Shown here: positions 37,270 to 47,789 of the stretch, one piece after another | How positions within the stretch are numbered: position 1 is the first letter of the stretch | How the letters are laid out: the number at the start of each line of letters is the position of its first letter | NCBI GenBank assembly: GCA_011064725.1 | Contig: JAAKFQ010000001.1 | Location: 1,650 to 65,649 of the forward strand | Length of the DNA stretch: 64,000 nucleotides | Direction of reading: 5' to 3' | DNA from: Chlamydiota bacterium | Lineage (GTDB): Bacteria > Chlamydiota > Chlamydiia > Chlamydiales > JAAKFQ01 | Notes under the pieces: generated by a model | Told to the model about the DNA's origin: nothing | Seen by the model: only the letters and a program-made list of their open reading frames with translations | Databases searched by the model: none | Position numbers and translations under genes: made by a program

Positions 37270-38379
37270 TTAAAGAGAAGCTTTCGATTTGCCTTTCGCC
37301 TTTTTAATGCGTGGCAAAATTTCTAGCGCCAATATTAAAGTGCTGCCCAAAAACACAAATCCCAAAACACCGATAAAATGCCCATTAACATCAGGAAGAG
37401 TCGCTCTCAACACCTCCAATTGAATAGAAAAATGGTCTGCTTTTGGCACCAAAACAAAACTATGTTGAAAAAAAGGCCATAGAACCTTGATAGATCCCAT
37501 TACAAGACCTGATAAAAAAAGCAGTGTTTTTTCTCTGTATTTTTGCAAAAGATAGTAGATAAAACGCGCACAAAAAAGCACGCCTGCAATCACTCCCAAA
37601 CCAAGATTTAAAAGAAAGAAAAAATCTACTATATTTGCATGCATCATAAAAGTGCCAGTAGCACTGATTGCAGCTGTGTAAATTCCCAAAATGTGAAGCA
37701 TCGTACTTCCCGAAATTCCTGGCAAAAGCATGGCAATGCCTGCCGCGACTCCAGACAAAAAAATCGTAGGCTGAAATAATTTTGGCATGAAAAATTCCAA
37801 CTCTTTTAAAGACACCAATCGCTCATCGATATACACGCGTTTTCCCGTTTTTGCCAAGGCATAAGCTGAATGTAGATCTAACATTGTCAATCTTTGCGTA
37901 TTTTCATCATAATTTTCTATCGCTTGATTATGGGTGGCTAAATAGAGCTCTTGTTTTGAAAAATCCACGCTATAGCGCTTTGGACTTTTGAAATTGATAA
38001 AAGTCAACAAAATGGCAAAAACAATCCCTAAAAGCATCCAAATGCTTCCATTCTTGATTTTATTCAGATGTCTTAAGTTTAACAGCGCTGCTGTCATCAC
38101 AAGCCCTAGAAAAAAGGAAAATAGACACATTCTACTTGTGGGATGTTGCAAGCCCGCTTTAATCACATTCGCAAACAAAAAGATGGCAAAAACCATTCCT
38201 GAAATGAGCGTGAAAAGAAATGTCCAATCGGTTGTTTTGATATGCCGAATATTTTTTAAATTGAAAATGAGCTTTTCGTAGATACCTGTAAGATAAGCAA
38301 CACTTCCCCCACTAATTCCTGGGATCAAATCACAAAGGCCCATGCACAAGCCTTTTAAAAAAAGAAAAACACCTTTCAC
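37270..38379 (-). CDS. DUF368-family membrane protein (polyprenyl-phosphate transporter family) with an internal soluble insert
   Basis: Two DUF368 signatures, DLIPGISGGSVAYLTGIYEKL and LLPGISGSTMLHILGIY. Start proposed at a GTG overlapping the rodZ-like stop (TAGTG); the track start at 38466 would overlap that gene by 88 nt. Confidence 0.6.
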   Translation of the reverse strand: MKGVFLFLKGLCMGLCDLIPGISGGSVAYLTGIYEKLIFNLKNIRHIKTTDWTFLFTLISGMVFAIFLFANVIKAGLQHPTSRMCLFSFFLGLVMTAALLNLRHLNKIKNGSIWMLLGIVFAILLTFINFKSPKRYSVDFSKQELYLATHNQAIENYDENTQRLTMLDLHSAYALAKTGKRVYIDERLVSLKELEFFMPKLFQPTIFLSGVAAGIAMLLPGISGSTMLHILGIYTAAISATGTFMMHANIVDFFFLLNLGLGVIAGVLFCARFIYYLLQKYREKTLLFLSGLVMGSIKVLWPFFQHSFVLVPKADHFSIQLEVLRATLPDVNGHFIGVLGFVFLGSTLILALEILPRIKKAKGKSKASL

Positions 38380-38783
38380 TATCCAATCAATCCTAAAAAT
38401 TTCGCAAGATACCAAGAAAACACAACCACAATGCCTGCCGTTGTAGCCCACAAAAAGTAGGTCCATTTTGATGTAATTGCCAAGTTGGAGCGTGACTGCA
38501 GGGTATTAAGGTCAAAATTATAATCGTTCACCTCTCCTTTGTTATTAAAAAGGATACGGTGTTCTTTAACAATGCGATCTCCATCAAGACCTAAATAATT
38601 CGCATATTGCTTAATAAATCCCCTAGCATACACTGCAGAAATCATATTATCAATGCGCCCTTCTTCAATGGCCTCCAAAAAAGGAGAACGAATCGATGTT
38701 TCGCTCTCAACATCTTTAATCGTGACACCTAAATCTTCTCTTCTATGTTTAAAAATTTCGCCAATACTTTTTTCTTGATACAT
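38379..38783 (-). CDS. rodZ: RodZ-like HTH (XRE) protein with a C-terminal TM anchor
   Basis: …IGEIFKHRREDLGVTIKDVESETSIRSPFLEAIEEG…ARGFIKQYANYLGLD is the RodZ N-terminal pattern, followed by a single TM. Confidence 0.6.
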   Translation of the reverse strand: MYQEKSIGEIFKHRREDLGVTIKDVESETSIRSPFLEAIEEGRIDNMISAVYARGFIKQYANYLGLDGDRIVKEHRILFNNKGEVNDYNFDLNTLQSRSNLAITSKWTYFLWATTAGIVVVFSWYLAKFLGLIG

Positions 38784-38878
38784 ATGCGCTCCTAAAACCT
38801 TTCTGACTATATTACAAAAATCATCTTATTTTTTGAAATCTTTTTGCATTTTGTTTAGATTTTTTCTATAATTCAGCT

Positions 38879-39763
38879 ATGGCATCTTTTGTAAAACAAA
38901 TTGATCTTGGCTTAGAAAAAAAACTCAAAAATGATCTAAAAGAACAAGATTTTGAGTTTTCTTGCCCTCAATATACCTGTTTTCAAGCCAAAAAAAAGCA
39001 CCTTACTGTCACTTTGTACACAAGTGGAAAACTTGTTGTGCAGGGAAAAAACATGCAAGAGTTTATCGAATTTTACCTAGAGCCCCTCTTAAACGACTTT
39101 TCTTATTCTTATAAAGAACTTTACACAGATACTACACCACACATTGGATCAGATGAAGCGGGAAAAGGCGATTTTTTTGGTCCCCTTTGTGTCTGTGCCG
39201 CCTATGCTTCTGAACAAGATATCCGAAGATTACTAGATGATGGAATCAAAGATTCTAAAACAATTTCAGACAAAAAAATCTTAAAACTCACCGATAAAAT
39301 ACGTCAATATCTCACCTTTGAAGTGATCGCGATTTCTCCTGTCAAATACAATCTTTTATATGAAACGTTTCAAAATTTAAACGAACTTTTAGCTTGGGGC
39401 CATGCAAGAGCGATTCACAAAGTGTATGAAAAAACAGGATGCGATCAAGTCCTTGTCGATCAATTTGCGAAAAAACATGTTTTAGAAAAAAAAATCGCCC
39501 ATTTAAAAATTCCTATCACGCTTGTGCAACGCACAAAAGCTGAAGAAGACGTGGTTGTAGCAGCCGCTTCCGTTTTAGCAAGACATGCCTTTTTAAAAGG
39601 CATGGAGCAATTAGAAAAAATAGCCAAATGCCCCATTCCTAAAGGAGCGAGCAAAAAAGTGATTGAAACGGGATATTTATTAAGAGAAAAAGGATTTGAG
39701 CTCAAAAATTTTGCAAAAACCCATTTTAAGACCCACGACGAAATCCTCAAACGTTCTTCTTAA
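38879..39763 (+). CDS. rnhC: Ribonuclease HIII
   Basis: N-terminal RNase HIII-specific domain followed by GSDEAGKGDFFGPL (DEAGKG catalytic motif). Confidence 0.8.
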   Translation: MASFVKQIDLGLEKKLKNDLKEQDFEFSCPQYTCFQAKKKHLTVTLYTSGKLVVQGKNMQEFIEFYLEPLLNDFSYSYKELYTDTTPHIGSDEAGKGDFFGPLCVCAAYASEQDIRRLLDDGIKDSKTISDKKILKLTDKIRQYLTFEVIAISPVKYNLLYETFQNLNELLAWGHARAIHKVYEKTGCDQVLVDQFAKKHVLEKKIAHLKIPITLVQRTKAEEDVVVAAASVLARHAFLKGMEQLEKIAKCPIPKGASKKVIETGYLLREKGFELKNFAKTHFKTHDEILKRSS

Positions 39764-39920
39764 CTGATGTTACACAGTAAATTCTACTTAGAGAAAGAAC
39801 GAAAAGGGAGATATACAAGTACGTCCGACAAGCGCAATTCCAAAGAGTTGGGTGAGGAGGAATACGCAGCAGGTCGCCCTTTGCAGATTTCTATAAGTGG
39901 AAGTTAGTGTGTAATATCAG
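39764..39920 (-). mobile_element. Family-A MITE copy A2 (157 bp)
   Basis: Begins the base after the rnhC stop. Perfect 7-bp target-site duplication ttcttaa on both sides. Confidence 0.9.
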
Positions 39921-39963
39921 TTCTTAACTTAACAAAAAAGCTGCAATCGAGTATCATCGTCTT

Positions 39964-40836
39964 ATGCGATTATTCACCTTTGTACTGCTTTCTTTTTCAT
40001 TGGTATTTGCGGATCAGAAGCTGTCAAAAAATTTCTTCATCTTTCAAGGTGATGTGATTTCTATTCAGCGCTCTAAAATCGAATCTCCAGATACTCTCAA
40101 AGGACAAGAAACAAAAATTGCATTATCTGATGAAAGCTTAACTTTTCATCATATGAAAACAGATGAAACTGCCCTTCGTTTTGAAGTAGGTCATGAATGG
40201 TTTCATATTGATTGGAAAGAAAACCCCAATTTTTGTCGCGAAAATTTTCATCTCATCATTGGCCAAGTAGGGTTTTTTACGGATCATTTTGAAAATTGGT
40301 GGATTCTTTTTATGACAGGCCTTGCGTTTGATCTAAAAAATATCCAATTTAAATGGTTTTCTCAATGGCGCACCACATTTTATGCCCGCTACAATTATCA
40401 CAATAAATTTCGCATCCACGTGGGCTTACTTGGATATTTAGGTTTTCGCTACAATGAGGTCTATCCTATTATCGGCATCGATTTCAATTGGAAAAAACTT
40501 CAAGTCAACTTAGTCTTTCCACAAAACATTGCACTTGAATACAAAATCAATCCCACAATCGTGCCTTACGTCAAGTTGCGCTTTATGACACAAGCCAGAC
40601 GTCTTGACAAAGATGAGCCAAGGTCTCTTGGTGCTTTTCGCTATGAAGCGACAGGTCTTGAAGGGGGCTTGCGTTTTGTGATCAAAAAATATGCCAATCT
40701 CGATGTTTATGTCGGTCATACAGGACTTATTGTACATCCCAGACTACGCGTTGAAGGACGCAATGGCACCAACCGCATCTGGTATGATATCAAGTCCAGC
40801 TTCTACGGCGGTATCAGCTTCTTTGTACCTTTTTAA
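39964..40836 (+). CDS. Putative outer-membrane beta-barrel protein
   Basis: Signal peptide MRLFTFVLLSFSLVFA, alternating hydrophobic pattern, C-terminal …ISFFVPF (terminal Phe). Confidence 0.45.
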   Translation: MRLFTFVLLSFSLVFADQKLSKNFFIFQGDVISIQRSKIESPDTLKGQETKIALSDESLTFHHMKTDETALRFEVGHEWFHIDWKENPNFCRENFHLIIGQVGFFTDHFENWWILFMTGLAFDLKNIQFKWFSQWRTTFYARYNYHNKFRIHVGLLGYLGFRYNEVYPIIGIDFNWKKLQVNLVFPQNIALEYKINPTIVPYVKLRFMTQARRLDKDEPRSLGAFRYEATGLEGGLRFVIKKYANLDVYVGHTGLIVHPRLRVEGRNGTNRIWYDIKSSFYGGISFFVPF

Positions 40837-41774
40837 GACTTCAATACTTGGTCAATCTTTTCCATCACCGAAGATGTGAGCTTTTTCTTGACTTGGACAG
40901 ATTTGAGGTTTTCTACAAGTTGCTTTTCGCTTGTGGCCCCAATTAAAGTGCTAGATACATTTTTATTTTTTAGACACCAAGCAAGCGCCAATTGCGCCAT
41001 TGAGCAACCCAGTTCTTTTGCCATTTTCATAAACTTTAAAACTTTTTGCTTATCATTTTTCTTGTCTTCATGTCTAAATTTAGGATTTTTTGTATATCTC
41101 GATTCTTTAGGAATCGATTTTAAATATTTTCCCGTTAAAAAACCTGACGCTAAAGGCGACCAAATCGTCATTCCCATCCCGTAGTTTTTGGCAAGCTCAG
41201 CAAAATCTTTTTCCACTTTTGTTCGATGCAGCATGTTGTATTGGGGTTGTTCTACTCTAGGAGGCGCAGCATTCATTTGCATTGCTACTTTGTGTGCTTC
41301 TTCAATTTGCTCTTTTTCCCATTCGCTCGTTCCCCAATAAAGCGCTTTTCCTTGCTTGATAATAAGATCCATAGCAGCGACAGTCTCTTCCATGGGTGTA
41401 TCGACATCAAAGCGATGTGCAAAGACAATATCCACATAATCGAGCTGTAAGCGTCTTAAAGAATTATCCAACCCTTCTCTTAATCTTTTCGCAGAATGGC
41501 CCATATCATTGATACCATCGCCTCCAAAGAAGATTTTTGTGATCACCACAACATCGGAGCGAACAAATCCACGCAAAATCTCCCCAAGCATCAATTCCGC
41601 AAGCCCATTGGCATAAAGTTCAGCTGTATCAAAAAGATTCACTCCATGATCAAATGCGATATGCATCTGCTCTCTTGCATCTTCAAGTCCAAAGCGCTCA
41701 CCAAAAGTCAGCCATGTGCCAAGGCCAATTTCAGAGACTTTAAGCCCACTATTTCCTAAACGATTGTAATCCAT
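40833..41774 (-). CDS. Aldo/keto reductase (Kv-beta-like)
   Basis: GLGTWLTFG, DTAELYANG, and C-terminal …LIGATSEKQLVENL. Confidence 0.8.
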   Translation of the reverse strand: MDYNRLGNSGLKVSEIGLGTWLTFGERFGLEDAREQMHIAFDHGVNLFDTAELYANGLAELMLGEILRGFVRSDVVVITKIFFGGDGINDMGHSAKRLREGLDNSLRRLQLDYVDIVFAHRFDVDTPMEETVAAMDLIIKQGKALYWGTSEWEKEQIEEAHKVAMQMNAAPPRVEQPQYNMLHRTKVEKDFAELAKNYGMGMTIWSPLASGFLTGKYLKSIPKESRYTKNPKFRHEDKKNDKQKVLKFMKMAKELGCSMAQLALAWCLKNKNVSSTLIGATSEKQLVENLKSVQVKKKLTSSVMEKIDQVLKS

Positions 41775-41798
41775 GTAGATCTCCTAGTTTGCCTTATC

Positions 41799-43379
41799 TT
41801 AAGGCTGAGAAAAAAAAACTTCAACAGGAAGTTTTCCTTGAGGAAACAAGACACCCATTAAAGCTTTGTAGGCGCTATTTTGCGAAAAAATCGTCTCTTC
41901 ATAGCAAAGCAAAACATTTTGATCTTTTGTGAAATGTTGGAGCAAATAGGGCGTGTCAAACACAATAAATAGCGTATTTTTTAGATTTTTCAATTTTTGT
42001 AAATCAGGATCATTTTTATCCATTTTATAAAGCACACAAAGTGTTTTTTGATTTGGATCGAGGTTTTCAAGTGTTTTTTCTTCAAGTAACATGTGCCTAT
42101 CCAAACATGTTTGCAGAGTTTTTGTTTTAGCTTCTCCTAGAGAAACAAGCTGCAATTTTTCATGAGGGTCGAGCATAAGATTTTGAGGATCACCCAAATA
42201 AGTCATCGCTTTGTCATAGAGCATTTGAATCATATACGTGTCATTTTTTTTAGGATCTACAGCTTTTCGCTTGTTTTCCATCCATTTTTGACACGCAATG
42301 AGTTTGATCACCTTTTCATCCAATTCTTCTTCTAAAAGCACCTTTTCTTCAATTTTCTGAGCAATCAAATCGATAGATTGAGGAATGACTTCACAAATCA
42401 TTTGCTTCAATTTTTCCTGATCAAGAACAAGGTAGCAAAATAGATCACAACCTGCTTGATAAGCTATCAAAGCTGCCTCAAGCAAACCATATTGATTCAC
42501 AATCGCTTTCATATTGAGCGCATCTGTAATTACAAGGCCCTCAAATCCAAGCTCTTTTTTCAAAAGATTTAAGGCTTTTTCAGATAATGATGTAGGAAAT
42601 TTGCTATCTATTACAGGCACCTTTAAGTGCCCTATCATCATCCCCCCAATTCCTTGATCAATGGCTGCTTTAAAAGGCACAAGCTCTGTTTGATTCAGTC
42701 TTTCTCGATCAAAGTCGAGAACAGGCAAATCTTCATGCGAATCGATATGCGTATCTCCATGCCCACAAAAGTGCTTACCAAAAGCCAAAACACCTTTTGT
42801 TTGCATCCCTTGAAACAGAAGAGTTCCCCTTCTTGCCACATCCAATGGCCTATCACCAAAACTACGCATATGGATGATGGGATTTTTAGGATTATTGTTC
42901 ACATCCAAAACGGGCGCAAAATTAAAATGCACTCCAGCACATACACATTGTTGACCTATCTTTTTACCCACTTCAAAAAGCAGAGATTCGTCTTGAATTG
43001 CACCCAGAGTCATATTACGAGGAAAGCCTGGCATATCATTGAGGCGCATTGCCACACCCCATTCGGCGTCCAATGCATAAATCAATGAATGGTTAGACAG
43101 ATTATCGAATGTATCAATGAGCTTCTTTTGAGCCACAACAGTGCCTCTAGAAAACAGCACACCACCAATCTGTTTTTCTTGAATAAGAGCCTTTAAGTCT
43201 TCCAAATAAAAATCATTGTTCTCGGAAAAACAGGGAGCAAAGAAAAGGCGTGCGACTTTTTCTTTTATACTAAGTGATGCCACCTCTTTTTTGGCTAAGT
43301 CGACATATTTAGGTTCTAAAAATTCTGGCACATGAGCAAACAAACACCCGAAAAACAAACAACAAATCAAAAATTTCAT
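41799..43379 (-). CDS. Glycoside hydrolase family 3 (beta-N-acetylhexosaminidase-like), secreted
   Basis: Signal peptide and KHFCGHGDTHIDSHEDLP (GH3 KHFPGHG..DSH motif). Confidence 0.8.
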   Translation of the reverse strand: MKFLICCLFFGCLFAHVPEFLEPKYVDLAKKEVASLSIKEKVARLFFAPCFSENNDFYLEDLKALIQEKQIGGVLFSRGTVVAQKKLIDTFDNLSNHSLIYALDAEWGVAMRLNDMPGFPRNMTLGAIQDESLLFEVGKKIGQQCVCAGVHFNFAPVLDVNNNPKNPIIHMRSFGDRPLDVARRGTLLFQGMQTKGVLAFGKHFCGHGDTHIDSHEDLPVLDFDRERLNQTELVPFKAAIDQGIGGMMIGHLKVPVIDSKFPTSLSEKALNLLKKELGFEGLVITDALNMKAIVNQYGLLEAALIAYQAGCDLFCYLVLDQEKLKQMICEVIPQSIDLIAQKIEEKVLLEEELDEKVIKLIACQKWMENKRKAVDPKKNDTYMIQMLYDKAMTYLGDPQNLMLDPHEKLQLVSLGEAKTKTLQTCLDRHMLLEEKTLENLDPNQKTLCVLYKMDKNDPDLQKLKNLKNTLFIVFDTPYLLQHFTKDQNVLLCYEETIFSQNSAYKALMGVLFPQGKLPVEVFFSQP

Positions 43380-43508
43380 AACAAGATGTTAAAAGAATGG
43401 CATTTTTTAATCAATAAATACCTAACAAATGAAAATCCTGAATAATACAAAAAACAGCTCTTTTTACCCAGATAATGTTAAATTTTAGGAATAGATGAAT
43501 TAAATCAT

Positions 43509-44375
43509 TCATTTCACTCTAGATAATCTTTCTATAGCTTGATGAGCTAAATCTATTCCTTGATTTGCAGCTAACATATAAAGCTCTAATGCTTTTTTCT
43601 CATCCTTTTCAACACCTATTCCATTTTCATAACACGCTCCTAGATAATGCTGTGCTAGAGAGAATCCTTGATTGGCCGCTAATGTAAAATATTCTACAGT
43701 TCTCTTTCTATCTTTATCTACACCCTGTCCATGTATATAACACATTCCTAGGCTATATTGGGCTACGATATCCTTCTTCTCTGCAGCTAATCTAAAAAGC
43801 TCTACAGCTTTCTTCTCATCTTTTTCAATTCCTGTTCCGTCTATATAACACATCCCCAACCCGGATTGAGCTTTGGGATATCCTTGATCTGCAGCTAACA
43901 TGTAAAATTCAACCCCTTTTTTTTCATCTTTATCTACGCCAGTTCCATGTATATAGCATACCCCCAAGAAGTATTGAGCTGGAGCGAGTCCTTGATCCAC
44001 AGCCAACGTATAAAGTTCAGCTGCTTTTTTTCTATCCCTACTTATACCTATACCATTCATGTAGCATATGCCCAAGTTGTATTGGGCTGAAGCTAATCCT
44101 TGATCCACAGCTAATGTATAAAATTTTACCGCTTTCTTTTCGTCCCTAGATACACCTACTCCCCTCTGATAACATGTTCCCAGATTGTGCTGAGCTAAAG
44201 CATATCCTTGATCTGCAGATAATGTATAAAACTCTACTGCTTTCTTTTCATCCTTGGATACACCTGTTCCTTTCATGTAACATAAACCTAGATCAAATTG
44301 AGCTCGAGCATTTCCTTGATCTACTGCTAACATGTAAAGTTCTGCTAACTTTTTCCTATTTTGATCCTCATCCAT
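43509..44375 (-). CDS. Sel1-like repeat protein (7 tandem 36-aa repeats)
   Basis: Repeats of the form A.AQ..LG.CY..G.GV..D.KKAVE.Y.LAA.QG, i.e. a 108-bp DNA periodicity. Confidence 0.85.
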   Translation of the reverse strand: MDEDQNRKKLAELYMLAVDQGNARAQFDLGLCYMKGTGVSKDEKKAVEFYTLSADQGYALAQHNLGTCYQRGVGVSRDEKKAVKFYTLAVDQGLASAQYNLGICYMNGIGISRDRKKAAELYTLAVDQGLAPAQYFLGVCYIHGTGVDKDEKKGVEFYMLAADQGYPKAQSGLGMCYIDGTGIEKDEKKAVELFRLAAEKKDIVAQYSLGMCYIHGQGVDKDRKRTVEYFTLAANQGFSLAQHYLGACYENGIGVEKDEKKALELYMLAANQGIDLAHQAIERLSRVK

Positions 44376-44612
44376 CCTACTTACCTCTTTAAAACCGTAT
44401 TGATTCCAAAAACTCCATTAATCAAAAAAATTTCATAAAATAATTTCCCGAATTATATTAGAAAAAGATTTATTTTTAAACTTAGAAACAAAACAGCTCT
44501 TGTAAGATCAACGCCAACCATAAAGAGGCTGCAAAAGCAACCCCCTTAAGTTGGCGAGATTGAAAACGAGATTCTGGCAGAAAAGATGAAGATCAATTTG
44601 CCTCCCAATTTT

Positions 44613-44653
44613 CACAAAAAAACCCCGTATTGGTAAAAAATACCAATACGAGG
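44613..44653 (-). terminator. Rho-independent terminator downstream of 44676..45251
   Basis: Perfect 10-bp stem cgtattggta/taccaatacg (44626-35 / 44641-50) with a 5-nt loop, followed on the minus strand by an 8-T run. Confidence 0.65.
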
Positions 44654-44675
44654 TTAGGCGCATCAAAGACGAGGT

Positions 44676-45251
44676 CTATTTTAGGAGCTGAAAAGAGTTC
44701 ATAAATTTCATGTAATCGGTATTAGAAAATTGTGTATGGTGTCCTTCCATCGCAATGAGGTATAGGACGTTATCCACCATTAAAGCTCGGCCTTTTAAGT
44801 AGACTCCCTGATTGTTGATCAAGAAATCAACGGCTGTAAATCCTTGCACTTGAGTCATTTCTAAAGACATAAGTTCGGCTTCTTGTGATTGCGATAAAAT
44901 TCCATGTAAAAATGCTTTCAAACCATCTTCTGGGTGTTCAGTCATCACAGATTTTGGATATTGAGCAATCAATACCATGCAAAGGGCATCGACTCCACTT
45001 TGTGCAATATAAGCATCATATCTAATAGATACATCGGTATCTTTTATCTTTACCACTTCTGAAATGTGTTGTGGAGGAGATGGGAAAGAGACTTTATACT
45101 CTCCTATCACTGACATAAATTCTTGCCACTCTTGAGACTGTTTTTTTTGTGGTGCTTGTGGGGACTGATATCCACTAGTAACAAGCCCTAATCCCAACAA
45201 AAGCGTAGCGAGAAATTTAAATCTAAATGCTTTTAATTTTATTTTATTCAT
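44676..45251 (-). CDS. Secreted/periplasmic hypothetical protein
   Basis: N-terminal signal-like segment FLATLLLGLGLVTSG. No motif recognised. Confidence 0.4.
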   Translation of the reverse strand: MNKIKLKAFRFKFLATLLLGLGLVTSGYQSPQAPQKKQSQEWQEFMSVIGEYKVSFPSPPQHISEVVKIKDTDVSIRYDAYIAQSGVDALCMVLIAQYPKSVMTEHPEDGLKAFLHGILSQSQEAELMSLEMTQVQGFTAVDFLINNQGVYLKGRALMVDNVLYLIAMEGHHTQFSNTDYMKFMNSFQLLK

Positions 45252-45272
45252 AAATTACTCCCATCGCTTTTT

Positions 45273-45932
45273 TTACAGCGCCAACATCAGGTTCGCAAAA
45301 AGAGCGGATATTGTTAAAAAAATGGATAATGCAAGCCACCAGATCACCACAGCAATGATCCCTGTTAAAATGGCTTTCCAAACGCTAAATTGGTGTACCT
45401 CAGCTATCCCGCCAAAAAAGATCACAAGCGACCAGATTCCAAATACAGCTGTTGCTACAGAGTTGATAAATAACCAAACCGGGAATTGTGCAATAATTGC
45501 AGGCAGTGGTGTCCCTTCAAGTAAGGCCTCTCCTAAAAACAAGTGCGCTGCGAGCTGATTTATCAAAAAAATCACAATTAAAAAGATAATAGGTACCTGA
45601 GACCAGGCAAGCACGGTACGCGTCTCAATATAGCTTGCTTTTCCATGAAACCAACTCCCCACCCATTTTAAAATCCAACCATTGATCCAAAAATAAACGC
45701 GCCCTAAAAGAGGAGTTAGAAGGATCATAATTCCAATGAAAATTGCATTTGTCATGCCTTCTAAAGCAGCAGGTCTCAAAGAACTAAAAATATTGACAAG
45801 AGCATATAAACCTTGAATCGTCGCAAAAAAGTAGAGGTAATATTTTGGATAGGCCTCCACAATAGCTCGAATCGTCTTTTTTGGAGACGTCCAAATTTCC
45901 ACAAAAGGATTCATATCAAATTTGTTTTCCAT
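45273..45932 (-). CDS. Yip1-domain-like integral membrane protein
   Basis: 219 aa with 5 TM segments and a soluble N-terminal segment. Family call tentative. Confidence 0.4.
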   Translation of the reverse strand: MENKFDMNPFVEIWTSPKKTIRAIVEAYPKYYLYFFATIQGLYALVNIFSSLRPAALEGMTNAIFIGIMILLTPLLGRVYFWINGWILKWVGSWFHGKASYIETRTVLAWSQVPIIFLIVIFLINQLAAHLFLGEALLEGTPLPAIIAQFPVWLFINSVATAVFGIWSLVIFFGGIAEVHQFSVWKAILTGIIAVVIWWLALSIFLTISALFANLMLAL

Positions 45933-46227
45933 AAGATTCTTGTTTTTTCTTCTATAACCTCACTTTATGAATAATTAAATTAATTACAAAATTTTAATTA
46001 AAATAGTTACAAGCAACTCATTATTTAAAATTTATAAATTAAGAAGTTTCTAATCAAACCTTTTACTTTCGCAAGCCACTCTATTTAAGAAGTCTATAAA
46101 ATTTCTATGCAATTAATTAAAAATGAAGGAGTTAGAAACATTTGCCGATTTTTAAAAAATGCTATGAAAAAATTACAACTTAAGGTAAATAAACGGGGTA
46201 GTTTAAGATTTTAAAAGGAGTCAATCC

Positions 46228-46677
46228 ATGCAACCTAAAAGTGAAAGGCTTAAGAAATTAGAAACGGAGCACCATGACCTAGAACAATGGCTAAAACTTG
46301 GACTCGTTCCTAAAAAAGATCTTGAAAAACATCGAAATGAAATCGAACACTTAAAAGAAAAGATCCAAGAAGAAAAGGAAAGGCTTTCTAACTTAAAGGA
46401 AAGTGGTGATTTAGAAGAATATGTGACTCCAAGAAGAAGCCCTAAAGGAAGTTATCAGGAAGCAGGTCCCGATATTGAGATTGGAAATGAAGATTTCACA
46501 GACGTTGGGTTTGATTTAGAATCAGAAAATTATGAAACGACACAAGCAACAAGCGCCACAGATGCTATGTACACCGTCGATGAAGAAGAACAAACGACTG
46601 AAGATGATGACCCTTTTTCAGACAAAAATCGTTGGAAACGCGGCATATTGGATGACCAAGATACAAGTCAATGGTAA
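46228..46677 (+). CDS. Acidic coiled-coil hypothetical protein
   Basis: aaggag upstream of the ATG. Glu/Asp-rich. Overlaps the hemW start by 7 nt. Confidence 0.4.
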   Translation: MQPKSERLKKLETEHHDLEQWLKLGLVPKKDLEKHRNEIEHLKEKIQEEKERLSNLKESGDLEEYVTPRRSPKGSYQEAGPDIEIGNEDFTDVGFDLESENYETTQATSATDAMYTVDEEEQTTEDDDPFSDKNRWKRGILDDQDTSQW

Positions 46678-47789
46678 GCCTGTATTTCCACATCCCCTTT
46701 TGTCACTCTAAATGCCCTTATTGCCATTTTTATACGCTCAAAAGCACTCCCTCATTGCAAACACTCTTTTCAAAGGCTCTTTTTAAAGAGTTTGAACAAA
46801 AAAAACATCTGCTGTTTGGCAAATCTATTACCTCTATCTATTTCGGCGGAGGGACTCCGACGCAAATGCCAAGTGCATTTTATGCTCAATTGCTAGATTT
46901 GATTACCCAAAACTGCACGATTGACAACACATGCGAAATCACGATAGAAGCCAACCCTGAAGACCTTACAAAAGAGTATGCGCAGCATCTATCTACATCC
47001 AGAATCCATCGCATCAGTTTTGGTGTTCAAGCGTTTCAACCGCATCTACTCAATCTGCTTGGAAGACGCGCGCATAAAAACACATGCATCGAAGCTATTG
47101 ACATCGCTTACACATCCAATATCCACAATATTTCCATCGATTTGATGTATGAGGTGCCCAACCAAACAGTATTGGATTTTCAACAAAGTTTACAGCATAT
47201 CCAAACCTTGCCCATCACACACATCTCCATTTATAACCTCACCTTTGAACCTAATACCCCATTCAAAAAAAGGGAAACACACTTAGCTCCCCTTCTACCC
47301 AAGGAATCTGAGACCATTAAAATGCTTGCATGTTTGCAAAACTTATCCCATATGGGATTTAAGCGTTATGAAATCTCCGCTTTTGCAAAACCTGGGTTTG
47401 AATCCAAGCACAATTTAGGCTACTGGACAGCACGTCCTTTTTTAGGATTTGGCCCCTCTGCATTTTCTTATTGGAATTCCATACGATTTAAAAATGAAAA
47501 TCATTTGATCAACTATTGCAAAAATATTGAAAATAATAGACCCACAATCGATTTTTCCGAGCTTTTAGAAAAAGAAGCGCGCATCAAAGAGTTGCTTGCT
47601 GTACAATTGCGTACGCTCGATGGCGTCAATCTCAATCAATTTAAAGCACAACACGGCTCCCTCTCAAAAGAGCTTCACGGCACCATCCAGCAACTCATCG
47701 ATCAAAATCTTTTGGAACACTCCGATCGACTCAAGCTGACAGAAAAAGGGCTCGATTTTTACGACTCTGTGGCCCAGGCTATTATTTGA
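46671..47789 (+). CDS. hemW: Radical SAM heme chaperone HemW (HemN-like, oxygen-independent coproporphyrinogen oxidase family)
   Basis: YFHIPFCHSKCPYCHFY (CxxxCxxC) and IYFGGGTP. 372 aa. Confidence 0.8.
   Translation: MVSLYFHIPFCHSKCPYCHFYTLKSTPSLQTLFSKALFKEFEQKKHLLFGKSITSIYFGGGTPTQMPSAFYAQLLDLITQNCTIDNTCEITIEANPEDLTKEYAQHLSTSRIHRISFGVQAFQPHLLNLLGRRAHKNTCIEAIDIAYTSNIHNISIDLMYEVPNQTVLDFQQSLQHIQTLPITHISIYNLTFEPNTPFKKRETHLAPLLPKESETIKMLACLQNLSHMGFKRYEISAFAKPGFESKHNLGYWTARPFLGFGPSAFSYWNSIRFKNENHLINYCKNIENNRPTIDFSELLEKEARIKELLAVQLRTLDGVNLNQFKAQHGSLSKELHGTIQQLIDQNLLEHSDRLKLTEKGLDFYDSVAQAII

Noticed and set aside
43509-44375. The 108-bp periodic DNA repeats, considered as a non-coding tandem repeat array.
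   Set aside because: The periodicity is fully explained by seven in-frame Sel1-like 36-aa protein repeats.
44470-44610. Short matches to both repeat families in the Sel1-downstream spacer: aaacttagaaac (family B) and ataaagaggctgcaaaagcaacc (family A core).
   Set aside because: No recognisable TIRs or flanking duplications, and similarity is limited to 12-25 bp in AT-rich DNA. At best these are heavily degraded remnants.
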